DNA of 63,791 nucleotides, the filler included, from Chiloscyllium plagiosum (taxonomy: Eukaryota), in NCBI RefSeq assembly GCF_004010195.1. It is 6 parts of 2 records of this genome, joined end to end, with 100 filler letters (N's around TTAATTAATTAA, not from the genome) between each part and the next. Parts side by side here need not be neighbours in the genome. Positions count along the whole stretch, not along the records: positions 14,833 to 40,961 come from NC_057712.1; 5 more parts are not named here. One strand, given 5' to 3'. Each line of letters opens with the position of its first letter. Within the stretch, counting starts at the first letter, position 1. Below the pieces are notes generated by a model, which made no database searches, was not told where the DNA came from, and saw only the letters and a list, made by a program, of their open reading frames with translations. Both the position numbers and the translations under genes were made by a program. Shown here one piece after another: positions 25,428 through 37,845 of the stretch.

Positions 25428-28250
25428 CCTGAACCAACTCACAGTCAACCTGTCTTGGTTAAAATTTAAACAAGGAGATCCAAGGTGGCTGCGACCTAGC
25501 AGGTCTAAGTCTGCAGAGCTCTGCCCAAGACTCAGGCAGAGTGGGGTGCCCACCTTCACTTCACCTGTTCAATTATTTAAAATAGTTTCTGCCCAGCACC
25601 CTTAGCCATTTTGCATAGAACTTTAACAGTTTGGTGGGGTATTTTTAAATTACCAAGGGCAAGAGCTCCCGTAGTTCGCAACAGGCAGGGACCCCATTCC
25701 CCGCCCCCCCCTCACCCCGGCAGCAGCAGAGACATCCGCAGCAGCCTCGGGGGACTTATCTGCAGAGGCGAGCCTAATCTTGGAGTTCATTAAGCTCCGA
25801 GAGAAGATTCATGCATCTTTTAAGGAGACCTGGTCCAGGTGGGAGTAAATCTCAGACATGCTGCAGAAGCATGACCGAGAGATTGAGAAAGTCGGGCAGT
25901 GTGTCAGAGGGGCGGAGCTGAGTCATCCATGCTGCTGGGTCATCCGTGGGTTAGGTTTGGGCTCTGGAGCGGCGAGTCCAGACCCTGGAGGAGTATATTG
26001 ATGACCTCGAGAATCGAAATCATTGGAAAAATATACGATTGCTGGGGAGGAAGGCCAGCTTGTGGATTTCCTGGAGCAATGGCTCCCACAGCTGGGAATC
26101 AGAGCTGGGCCGGGTACAGGTTGTGTAGGCCCACCGGATCGCTGTACGCAGGCCCAGGTCGGACCAGTGCCCCCGCCTGGTCTTAGTCCAACTTCAACAC
26201 TACAGGGAAAAACTACTGGAGGCCTCCAGAGTCTTGGGGAAGGATCCCCATGCCATGATATACAAGGGCTCCAAGATAATGTTGTTTCATGACTTTTCTC
26301 CGGTTGTGGTATGCAAGAGGAGGGCATTTGACAAGGCAAAGAATGGTCTGAGAGACTTAAATATTCAATATTCCATGTGATACCTGGCAATGCTGTGCTT
26401 CAGTAATGGATGATCTGTATATAACTTTGGATCACCAGAAAAAGTAAAAGAATTCCTGGTCACTCTCAAAAAGACTGTGGGACTTGAACTGTATGGGCAA
26501 CGACTTTATTTTGCCCCCCCCTTTGTCTTTCCTTCTTCCTTCCTTCCTCTTTCTTTTCTCCATCTTCCCTTGGTGGTGGGGGGTGAGGGGAGCTCGTTCC
26601 TTATTCTTTCTTCGGTCTCTTACCTATAGCTCGCGCGGTTTATCGGACTATTGGGGGATGTCTCTGAGTGGGTTTTTATTCTCTTATTTAGTTGCTTAAT
26701 ACTTGCTGGAATTGTAATTTTGTAATCTTTTATATTTTTATCTTGTGCTGTTTTGTTAAGTATATCTAGGTGATAGTGTGGAGGGGTGGGTGGGTGGGTC
26801 ACCACTATTAACTTCTGTTTTATAAGATACTGGAATTTATTTTATTTTTTTGTAATGCCTGGGCTGAGGGCAAGGCCTAGCTGGGAGAGGTTATGTCATG
26901 GTTATTGGAAGGTAGTAGTGTCCCCTGTGACCTCGGGGGAAAATCTCCCTCTAAATATACTTTATATTATTTTTATTTAGGAGTAGTTCTCAGTTGTTTT
27001 GACTTAACTGTTTTAAAGAGTTTGTTTATATGTGAATTGTTTTTGACTCCTGGGGGAGTCTCGGGCTTGCCTGGACGATTATGATTAGCCATTCGTTTAG
27101 GTGGTGTACCTGAAATGTCAAGGGGAGCCACTCGCCAATCAAAAGGAAAAAGATATTATCAAGTCTTAAAAAAGACTCTCTTACAGGAGACACATCTACT
27201 TGACAAGGACCACTTAAAGCTGCAACAGGGTGGGTTTGGCCAGGTGTTCTTTTCATCTTTCAGTTCAAAAAGTAGGGGAGTAGCCATTCTTATTCAGAAG
27301 AATCTTCCCTTTCAAATGTGAAGCCAGATGAAACATGAGTCTGGACAGTATATATTGATTAAAGCCCTAATGTACGGAGAGGATTATGGGATTTTGAATC
27401 TTTAGTGCCCTCCATCACACCCTTTTTAATTTGTAATGGAAGCGTTCTCTAATTTGATGGCTCTCGGAGTCCGCCATACAATTATAGGTGGAGATTTTAA
27501 TTGTATCTTGACCCAGAGACAGACAGGATACCTAGGAGTTCTGCAGGCATATCTTTGAGATCCAGGTAGCTGGCGAATCTGAATAGGGAGATGAGGCTGG
27601 TAGATGTGTGGAGGTATCTCCATCCCCAGGGTAGAGACTTTACTTTCTATTCTAACCCACATAAGTGCCATACCAGAATCGACATGTTTTTTTATCCCCT
27701 TGAACCTCTTGAACTCGATATTGTCCTGTAAAATAGGTAATACATCTATTTCTGACCATACCGCAGTATATATGGAGGTTAAGACTAGTGATGATGAGAT
27801 AGGTCCCCAACATTGGCATGTGGACCCTTTTTTATTGAAGGATAGCAAGTTTATAAAATATTTCTTGCAGGAATTTAAAACCTTCTGGGATATCAACTCA
27901 GACACGGCCAGTAACCCCTCGACGATGTGGGAGACTGTTAAGGCATACGCGCGAGGCCTGGTCATCTCATTTTCTGGGACCCGGAAAAGACAAAAGGGAG
28001 GGCAACAGTGCCTACTCGAGGCTCACCTAAAGGCAGCTGGGGCAGTGTATGCTGATAGGCCCTCCATTACTAAACTACAGCAGATCACAGCCCTTAGGGC
28101 AACCTTGAATACCACACTTACTCAAATAGCAAAGAGGGAGATATTATTCGCAAAGCAGAGGCTATTCAAATACGGTGACAAGCCTGGCAGGTATCTAGCG
28201 TACCTTGTCAGAAAGAAAAAGGTTCCCCAAGCCATTACATCTATTAGAAA

Positions 28251-29295
28251 GAGTAAATGTGAGGTGCTGCATTTTGGGAAAGCAAATCTCAGCAGGACAT
28301 ATACACTTAAGGTAAGGTAAGATCCTAGGGAGTGTTGCTGAACAAAGAAACCTTGGAGTGCAGGCTCATAGCTCCTTGAAAGTGGAGTCGCAGGTAGATA
28401 GGATAGTGAAGAAGGTGTTTGGTATGCTTTCCTTTATTGGTCAGAGTATTGAGTACAGGAGTTGGGAGGTCATGTTGCGGCTGTACAGGACATTGGTTAG
28501 GCCACTGNNNNNNNNNNNNNNNNNNNNNNNNNNNNNNNNNNNNNNNNNNNNNNNNNNNNNNNNNNNNNNNNNNNNNNNNNNNNNNNNNNNNNNNNNNNNN
28601 NNNNNNNNNNNNNNNNNNNNNNNNNNNNNNNNNNNNNNNNNNNNNNNNNNNNNNNNNNNNNNNNNNNNNNNNNNNNNNNNNNNNNNNNNNNNNNNNNNNN
28701 NNNNNNNNNNNNNNNNNNNNNNNNNNNNNNNNNNNNNNNNNNNNNNNNNNNNNNNNNNNNNNNNNNNNNNNNNNNNNNNNNNNNNNNNNNNNNNNNNNNN
28801 NNNNNNNNNNNNNNNNNNNNNNNNNNNNNNNNNNNNNNNNNNNNNNNNNNNNNNNNNNNNNNNNNNNNNNNNNNNNNNNNNNNNNNNNNNNNNNNNNNNN
28901 NNNNNNNNNNNNNNNNNNNNNNNNNNNNNNNNNNNNNNNNNNNNNNNNNNNNNNNNNNNNNNNNNNNNNNNNNNNNNNNNNNNNNNNNNNNNNNNNNNNN
29001 NNNNNNNNNNNNNNNNNNNNNNNNNNNNNNNNNNNNNNNNNNTATAAAAGAGACCTAAGGGGCAACTTTTTCACGCAGAGGGTGGGACGTGTATGGAATG
29101 AGCTGCCAGAGGAAGTGGAGGCTGGTACAATTGCAACATTTAAGAGGCATTTGGATGGGTATATGAATAGGAAGGGTTTGGAGAGATATGGGCCGGGTGC
29201 TGGCAGGTGGGACTAGATTGGGTTGGGATATCTGGTCGGCATGGACGGGTTGGACTGAAGGGTCTATTTCCATGTTGTCCATCTGTATGACTCTA
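28251..29295 (+). mobile_element. CR1 3' end nested in L1 ORF2 (N gap inside)
   Basis: KCEVLHFG...LYRTLVRP...FKRHLDGYM; same family as 7166-7838. Confidence 0.85.
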
Positions 29296-29879
29296 TGGGT
29301 ACTGGTACCCTGACTGATAATCGTAAAAAGATCAATGCAGCCTTCAGGAAGTACTATTTTGAATTGTATAAGTCGCAGGACTGTGAGGACAGAACGAGGA
29401 AGATGGAGTCTTTCTTTAAAAATCTGGCCCTCCTGGGCCTAAACTCGGAGCAGGTGTCGTTCTTGAATGTCCCCCTGACAACCCAGGAAGTACAGGAAGC
29501 AGTGAGGCAGTTTCAGAGTGGCAAAGCACCTGGACCAGATCAATTCCAGACTGAGTTTTATAAAGAATTTATAGGGGCCTGGCCGGCTCACATATAAATA
29601 TGTATAACCATTCATATAGTCAGGGCTGCCTCCCGCCTTTGTTGAGAGAAGTAAATATTCTCTCATTCTTAAGAAGGGAAAGACCCCAGAAGACTGCTCC
29701 TCATATAGACCCATATGCTTGTTAAAAGTGGATTTTAAAATTCTCTCAAAAATGTTAGCATTAAGACTAGAGAGGATCTTACCATTCATTATAAAAGAGG
29801 ACCAGACGAGGTTTATAATGGGTCGCGGATCAGCTAATAACACTAGAAGAATCTTAAATATGGTGAAAGCCTGCCAGCA

Positions 29880-30197
29880 GGGTGGCACGGAGGCTCAGTG
29901 GTTAGCACTGCTACCTCACAGCAGCAGGGTCCTAGGTTCAATTCTAGCCTTGGGCAACTGTCTGTGTGGAGTCTGCACTTTCTCCTTGTGTCCGCGTGGG
30001 TTTCCTCTGGGTGCTCTGATTTCCTCCCACAGTCCAAAGATGTGCAGGTCAGGTGAGTTGGCCATGTTAAATTGCCCATAGTGTTAGGTGCATTAGTCAG
30101 AGGGAAGTGGGTCTGGTTGGGTTACTCTTTCGAGGATTGGTGTGGACTGGTTGGGCTGAAGGGCCTGTTGCCACAGTGTAGGGAATCTAATCTAAAA
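29880..30197 (+). mobile_element. HE1/V-SINE-type SINE nested in L1
   Basis: A/B boxes, conserved central domain, (aatct)n tail. Confidence 0.82.
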
Positions 30198-30380
30198 ATA
30201 TCTTTTCTATATGCTGGAATGGTTCGGCGTTGGAGAGGTCTTTGCTAAATGGGTTTCAGTATTATATAATGATCCCAAAGCAGTGGTGATCACCAACAGC
30301 TTAAGTGCGGATGGCATTAGAGTCGGCGGAGGCTATCATCAGGGATGTCCTCTCTCACCATTATTATTTACAATAGTGAA

Positions 30381-30513
30381 TATTCCTGATGAAGGGCTTT
30401 TGCCCGAAACATCGATTTTCCTGCTCCTTGGATGCTGCCTGATCTGCTGTGCTTTTCCAGCACCACTCTAATCTAGAATCTGGTTTCCAGCATCTGCAGT
30501 CCTTGTTTTTACC
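30381..30513 (+). mobile_element. Solo PLE 3' terminus inserted in L1 ORF2
   Basis: attcctgatgaagggcttttgcccgaaacatcg... interrupts the L1 RT between SPLLFTIV and EPLA. A shorter fragment of the same family is at ~30851-30908. Confidence 0.8.
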
Positions 30514-33323
30514 TATTTACGCAAGGGACTGAGCCACTAGCAGAAGCTATACAAACTGACCCTAACATAACGGCTCTGGAGGCTCTGATCGGGCAAGCAC
30601 AAAATCACCCTCTATGCGGATGATATCCTCCTTTTCTTGAGCGATCCTTTGACATCTGTGTCCGCCTACTTCAAGTGGTCAATTTGTTTGGTATGTTCTC
30701 AGGCTACAAAATCAATTTTGTGAAATCGGAGGCCATGGCATTGAGAGGCATTGCTGGTATATCCAATTTTCCGGACGGATCCGGTTTTCCCTTTCGGTGC
30801 TCACTAGAAGGTTTTCTGTACTTAGGCATTTTCATTACTCCGGCATTTGGTCCTGCTCCTCGGATGCTGCCTGAACTGTTGTGCTTTTCCGGCACCACTC
30901 TAATCCAGCTATATAAAGCCAATTATACACACTTATTAGGGGAAATAAGACAGGACCTTCAACGCTGGGAAGATCCCCCAATATCTTGGTTAGGCAGAGT
31001 AGCATTAGTTAAGATGAATATTTTACCTCGTCTTTTATGACACCCGAGAAAGCTCCCCTTGATGCAGCCGAGACAGGCACTGCGTAAGCTTTATGGTTGG
31101 CTTGCTCCTTTATTTGGAGTCATAAACGGCCCCTTATCAAATTAGAAAAGCTGCAGCTTCCACAAGTAAGGGGAGGGCTGCACTTTCCGGATTTCAGGAG
31201 GTACCAATTGAGCTCCAAATTATCTTATGTAGCTGATTGGATCTCTTGTGACCCACAATCAATCTGGTTAGATATTGAGACCACCCAATCAAAATGTCCC
31301 CTTATCAATTTACTATTTATGGACAAGGTGAGAGTTATTACGGATTATTGTAAAAATCCTATTGTATTAAATACAATCAAAGTCTGGAGGACAATGTGAC
31401 AAGATGAGGGTAAACTACAAAAAACCTCCCCTTATACCCCTATAGTGGAAATATTAGGGCTCCAGCCAGGCCTGACCGATGCTATATTCAAAATCTGGGA
31501 ATCCAGATCTGTTTCGGAGATCTGTTCGATAGGGAGATCATAATGTCCTTTGAGCAACTCTGCCAGAAGTTTGGACTGCCCAGCAGGGATCTCTTTCGGT
31601 ATTTTCAAATACAAGACTTTATACGAAAGAAGACCACACTGATATACAATCCTTATAAATCGGATAGGGAAAGGAGAGTGCCTCAGCTGATGGGTCCGCC
31701 CTCGGTCAGTACTCTCTATCACCTACTATGCAAAAGGTATCGAAGGCCATGGAATGGTTATATAAAACCTGGAGTCAAGAATTAGGGTTGGAAATTTCCA
31801 TAGAAATGTGGGAGAACGTCTGGGAAAATGCCAGGAAGATGTCTATCTGTAACAGAACTCAAGCTACTCAATTGAAGATATTTCACAGGGTTCACATGGC
31901 ACCTGAACGACTTGCAAAGTTCAAGACAGGAGCATCTTTGATGTGTCCTAAATGTAAAATTGAAGTTGGTACTCTTACACATTGTCTGTGGACATGCCAT
32001 AAGATCCACAGGTAATGGGACAGAGTAGCCTTGACAAAGACTTTGGCTGTGGAGATTGGATTGGACCCGGTGTCCCTCCTCTTGGGCTCCCCAAATTTCC
32101 CATCTTTGGTTGTATACTGGAGGAAATTATTCACTATCCTTTCCATTTGTGTGAGGAAAAATATTTTAGTGAATTGGGTATCCGAAGGTCCCCCAGGACT
32201 TTCAAACTGGTACAGGATAGTCATGGAATATATTCCCCTTGACTTCCTTCCGAATATGGTGCACCAAAAAATGGAATTATTTTATAGAACATGGCAGCCC
32301 TTCTTGAACTATACTGACACAGATATTTCGGCCATAATGTCCAGGGCCTTTGTTTAGCCATGGTAATGGTTCTGGCTGGTATGGGGGCCCCCAGGAGGAG
32401 GAATCCCATATAAATACAGGTTTTGTTATGACTTGATATAAATCTATTTTGAGTATGTATTTAGTTATTTATTTACCTATTTGTTTATTGTTAGTAATGT
32501 GTGATACCCTATTTTATGTTTTGGTTGTTTGTAGAATAGATTAGTAGTTAGTTCATTTTAAAATGTCATATTGGTGTTGTTATTATATTATAAAGTGGAA
32601 TATACTAATTTGTATTATTTTTGTAATTTTGTAAAAAAATTTAAAAATCTTCTTTTTCAATAAAAATATCTATAAAAAAAATAAACAAAACCAAAACGTT
32701 AGCTGTCATTCACCATTAATTGTTGCATTTTTATGGCAAAGTCTCTACCAAGCATAGTCCATTTGCCAACAAATCAGCATTCCTCTCTTGTGCAGTATAA
32801 ATGTTATTTTCCCTTTGAATTAGTATTCTTGTGAATTGTCCTAGTTAGCGCAAAACAAAAATTTCCAAGACAATGTGTTTTTTTTGGTAATGTTATCATA
32901 TCTCTTTCTCTTCTAGCATTCATTCAGCTTGACTGTATTGCTATGCCATTGATTTGATTCCATCTGAAATCCTTAGATGAATCATCACTCCCTTTGTAAA
33001 TTAGAACTGAATACTGGTTGAAGAGTGACATGGAGTCAGGAGACTCCAGTATTTTTCCCTGTTCCTTCTTGAATGCTTAATGGTCATTCATTCTCTGTAT
33101 CTCTCCATACTCTTAAGCTGTGGAAGATCCAAATCAATCAACATCGTATGCATGCAAATCTCAATTTCAGAGATATGCCAAGTGACATAAGCTGCTGCTC
33201 AAGCTCCAAAACCCAGGAACATATTACTTTCTAATTGAAGTTTCTAATATTAAAACAAGACCAATAAACACAAAACATGGTGATATTCATTTTTGGAACA
33301 TCTAAATTAGTTTTCTATATTAC

Positions 33324-33477
33324 CTGCGGCAGTTGTTTAGCAATATCCCCTCCAACAAAGACAGCCTCCAGATAAATCCACAGATTTTGTACTAAGAGCC
33401 ACTGTTCTATTATAGTTGTGCATACTGTCAGATTGTGGACCCAGAGTTGAATATCTTTTTTATAGTAAGCATTATAC
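33324..33477 (-). CDS. DNAH8: DNAH8-like exon, linker (DHC_N2) region
   Basis: catgcag|G TAT...CAG|gtaata; 154 bp = (R)[51 protein letters not shown], containing the dynein motif W..VQ..W.YLE..F...DI..QLP. Confidence 0.9.
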
Positions 33478-34147
33478 CTGCATGGAAAAAATAATTCCAG
33501 AAGTCTAATAAGTAATAGGAAATTAAATCATCCATTCAAAACTACACTCCTTCAATTTTAACATTAAATGGAATTTAATAAACACCTCCGGTGTGGAGCT
33601 ACCATAGATTGGCTGCAAACCCACTGCCATTTCCATGTAGAAGAACAAGTGCAGTAGATACATGGGAACACCACCTATTGCAAGATCCTCCCCCCCACCC
33701 TCCAGCCCCCCATGCCACTCACCATCCTGACTTGATGAGTGTTGCTGTTACTTCACTGTTGCTGGTCAAAATCCTTGAATTGCTTACCAAAGGGCAATGT
33801 GATCCAAACTACAAGGTGTGAACTGCAGTGATTCAAGAAGGCAGCTCATCACCACATTACCAAGGATAAATAGGGATGAACCATAAATGGTGGTCATCCA
33901 ACGATGCGCACATCCATGACTGAATTTTAAAAAGACAGATATCTCTACAGAGCTATTTATGGATGGGGTGCGAATCAGCAGTTTGCTTTGTCCTGGATAG
34001 TGACACTTTGAGTGCCAAGGAGAGATAGTTTCATTCTCTGTTGTTGAAGATAGACATCATTTGGCACTTGGATGGCATAAATATTAATTTCTACATATTA
34101 GGGACAAGCCAGACCCCCCAAAAAATTTCAAGAAGATAGCCCAGACC

Positions 34148-34455
34148 CAGTGGTTAGCACTGCTGCCTCACAGCGCCAGAGACCCAGGTTCAATTCCCGC
34201 CTCAGGCGACTTTCTGTGTGGAGTTTGCACCTTCTCCGCGTGTCTGCGTGGGTTTCCTCCGGGTGCTCCGGTTTCCTCCCACAACCCAAAAATGTGCAGG
34301 TTAGGTGAATTGGCCATGCTAAATTGCCCATAGTGTTAGGTGAAGGGGTAAATATATGGGAATGGGTCTGGGTGGGTTGCGCTTCGGCAGGTCGGTGTGG
34401 ACTTGTTGAGCCGAAGGGTCTGTTTCCACACTGTAAGTAATCTAATCTAATCTAA
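34148..34455 (+). mobile_element. HE1/V-SINE-type SINE (slightly 5'-truncated)
   Basis: cagtggttagcactgctgcctcacagcgcc...ggttcaattcc; ends (taatc)n. Confidence 0.85.
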
Positions 34456-35017
34456 CTTTTCTAGTTGTTTTAAGCAGGTGAAGAGTGTCTATATCAGGAG
34501 TAATGCAGCTCACCCAATCACTTGGTTTTAAATAAAACAGCATTTATTTATACATGAACAAAAGAGGACAGAATATAGAATAGCATATCTCATCTGAAAA
34601 CCCAATCAAATCTATTGCAACTTAATAAAGCTGTTCCACATACTTGTAACATCACCATAAACTCCTCCTTGGCAAAAAAGGTAAATTCAAACATAGATTC
34701 TTACAGGAGAGATGTCAGAGAAGAGAGAGTATCAGCATGGAGCTGCTTCTTTGCTTCCAGCAGCATGTCTGTGTACCCAGCAAAAACATTCCCCTGTACC
34801 TGTGTTTTGGTTTTTGCTGCTGTTTACCTATTATTTACTTATCTATGCGATTTAACTATGTGATCTGCCCATATTGCTTGCAAGACAAAGCTTTTCACTG
34901 TGCCTCGATACACGTGACAGTAAATTCAATTCAATTCAACCAGTAGCTGCAAAACAGCAAGACTGCTAAAACAAAAACAAAGAAGGTGAGCTGGAAGAAC
35001 TGGACACACCCCTTTCA

Positions 35018-35366
35018 TTGTACACAGATCTTTGAAAGTTGCCACCCAGGTAAATAGTGCGGTGAAGAAGGCATATGGCGTACTAGCTTTTATTGGTAGA
35101 GGAATTGAGTTCCGGAGTACTGAGGTCATGTTGCATAGGTATAGGATAGATGTTAGGGGTAGGTTCTTTACTCAGCGTGTCGTGAGTTCATGGAATGCCC
35201 TGCCCGTGGCGGTGGTGGACTCTCCCTCATTATGGGCATTTAAGCGGGCATTGGATAGGCATATGGAGGATAGTGGGCTAGTGTAGGTTAGGTGGGCTTG
35301 GATCGGCGCAACATCGAGGGCCAAAGGGCCTGTACTGCGCTGTATTCTTCTATGTTCTATGTTCTA
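35018..35366 (+). mobile_element. Internally deleted CR1 3' end
   Basis: VKKAYGVLAFIGRGIEF fused directly to RYRIDVRGRFFTQRVV; (tatgttc)n tail. Confidence 0.78.
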
Positions 35367-35914
35367 TTGCACGAGTGTTTTTTTAACTTGAAAGTCTTTT
35401 CCCTGAGGTAGTATCTGTTAGCTATCATCAAATTGGTCCTAAAACCCATACAAACACATACCAGAACGTTTGCATTTATGACCCCTCTTGATTAAAAAAA
35501 GGACTGAATAACCATTGTTTTATGATAAGAAAATTAAAGTTATGCAAGTCAATTTGATTTTAGAATAGGATACAAAGTCGACATCAAGGGCCACTGTTCT
35601 ATGTTTTATGTTTTAACCTTGTCAAAAAACATCATCATCATATACTTAGCTACCCAAACCTGAATGTTGCCCAGGTCTTGCTATGCATATTGGCATGGAT
35701 GTCTTAAGTCTCTGAGGATAGTTGTACATGAGAATGGTACAATTCATCACCAAACATCCTTACTTCTGACTTTATTATCAGGAGTCGAGTTATCTATGAA
35801 GTAGTTGAAGATACTTGGGCCTAGGACACTACTATGAGGAACTCAGGACAGTGATGCTCTGGGGCTGAGATAACTGACCTCCAAAAAAAACAATCATTTT
35901 CCCTTGTGTTAAAT

Positions 35915-37845
35915 GACTTGAAGAGAGAACATAGAGAGTTAGATTGGAAGCTAGAAGACAGGACAAGTGTTTAGTAATCTCAGGATTACTGTCAGCACCA
36001 AGTGCTTGTGAGGCTAGGGATAGAGAGCGAGTGCAGATGAACATGTGGCTGCAGGGTTGATGTAGGAGGGAGGGCTTCAGATATGTGGATCAATAGGATA
36101 CCTTCTGGGCAAGGTGGCACCTGTACAAGAGAAACAGGTTGCACCTGAATTAGAGAAGCGCCAATATCCTGGGCAGGAGGTTTTGCTGGAGTCCTTCAGG
36201 AGGGTTTAAACTAGGTTACCAGGGAGATGGGAACCAGAGCAATGGATCAGACGATGGAGTGGGCAGTGAACAGCCAGATACAGTGTGCAGAGAGTCTGTG
36301 AGGAGGGATAGGCACTTGATAGGGCAGAGGTGTGGTCAATGCGATGGGTTAAAGTGTATCTATTTTAATGTGGACAGTATGGGAAGATATTTAATTGGGG
36401 GAGGGGGAATTACAATGATATTAGGCAGGAACTGGAGCACCTAAGTTGGGAACAGATGTTCTCAGGGAAATGCACAACAGAAATATGTCGATTGTTGAGG
36501 AAGCACTGCTGATAGTGCTGGACAGGTTTGTCCCACTGAGGCAAGGGAGGGATGGTAGGTTGAAAGAACATTGGGTGATAAGGGATATGGAACATCTAGT
36601 CAAGAAGAAGAAGGAAGCTTACTTAAGGTTGAGGAGGCAAGGATCAGACAGGTCTACAGAGGATTACAAGATAGCCAGGAAGGAACCAAAGAATGGACTT
36701 AGGTGAGTTAGAGGGGGGCCGTGAAAAAGTTTTAGCAGATAGGATTAAGGAAAACCCTAAGACATTCTACACTTCTGTGAGGAACAAGAATATGGCCAGA
36801 ATGAGGGTAAGGCTGATCAGGAATAGTGAAGGGAACTTGTGCCTGAAGTTGAAGGAAGTAGGGAAAATCCTTAATGAGTACTTTGTTTCAGTATTCACTA
36901 CTAACAAGGACCCTTGACATTTCTGAGGACAGCATGAAACAGACTGATATGCTAGAACAGGTTGAAGTCCTGAAAATTTTGAAAAACATAAGGATAGATA
37001 AAGCCCCTGGGCCAGATGGAATATATCCTTGGTTACTACAGGAAGTGAGGGAAGAGATTGGTGTACCTTTGGCGATGACCTTTGCGTTTTCACTATCCAC
37101 TGGAGTGGTGCCAGATGATTGGAACATGGCAATTGTTATCCCTTGTTCAAGAAAAGCAATAGGGAAAACCCTGGGAATTACAGTCAGTCTTATGTTAGTG
37201 GTGATCAAAGTATTGGAGAGGATTCTGAGAGATAGCATTTATGATTACTTGGAAAAACATAGTTTGCTTAGAGATAGTCAGCATGGCTTTGTGAGAGGTG
37301 GGTCATGTTTCACAAACTTTATTGAATTCTTTAAGGATGGTCACCTAATTACGGAAATATGTGGAAGCTTTAGAGAGGGTGCAGAGGAGATTTATCAGGA
37401 TGCTGCCTGGACTGGAGGGCATGTCTTATAAACAGGTTGAGGGAACTAGGGCTTTTCTCATTGGAGCAAAGAAGGATGAGAGATGACTTGATAGAGGTGA
37501 ACAAGATGTTGAGATGCAAAGATAAAGTGGATACCCAGAGACTTCTTCCCATGGCGGAAATAGTATCACGAGGGGGCAAAATTTTAAGGTAACTGGAGGA
37601 AGATTTAGGGGAGATGTCAGAGATAGGTTCTTTACTCAGAGAGTGGTGGTTGGGTGAAATGCATTTCCAGCAGTGGTAGTAGAGTCAGATATATTAGGGA
37701 CTTTTAAGCGACTCTTGGATCAGCACATGAAAGTTAGTACAATGAAGGGTATGTCGGTTAGTCTGGTCTTAGAGTAGAATAAAAGACTGGCACAACATCG
37801 AGGGCCGAAGGGTCTCTGTTGTGCTATACTGTTCTATGTTCTATG
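35915..37845 (+). mobile_element. CR1-type LINE with internal deletions
   Basis: ORF1 end, KAPGPDGIYP, QHGFVRG.SC.TNFIEFF, 3' tail. Confidence 0.8.

Larger units (their letters stand above)
25474..32681 (+). mobile_element. Near full-length decayed L1-clade LINE with nested insertions
   Basis: ORF1 remnant ~25650-26470. ORF2 fragments show APE endonuclease (IIGGDFNC, ISDH), RT (YRPICLL.VDFKILSK, QGCPLSPLLF, TLYADD) and C-terminal CPKC..HCLWTC. Ends in AATAAA plus an A-tail at ~32660-32681. Candidate TSD TAAACAA at 25467-25473 and 32682-32688. Many stops and frameshifts. Confidence 0.88.

Noticed and set aside
16888..29216. Very long ORFs containing X runs (390, 522, 265 aa and others)
   Set aside because: They read through N gaps and join unrelated TE fragments.
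32825..32875. Possible further hammerhead remnant (tgtcctagttagcgcaaaacaaaa) in the repeat hosting the L1
   Set aside because: Core too degenerate to support from this sequence alone.
34460..35520. Possible solo LTR in reverse orientation
   Set aside because: No clear TG...CA termini, partner LTR or TSD identified; interrupted by other repeats.
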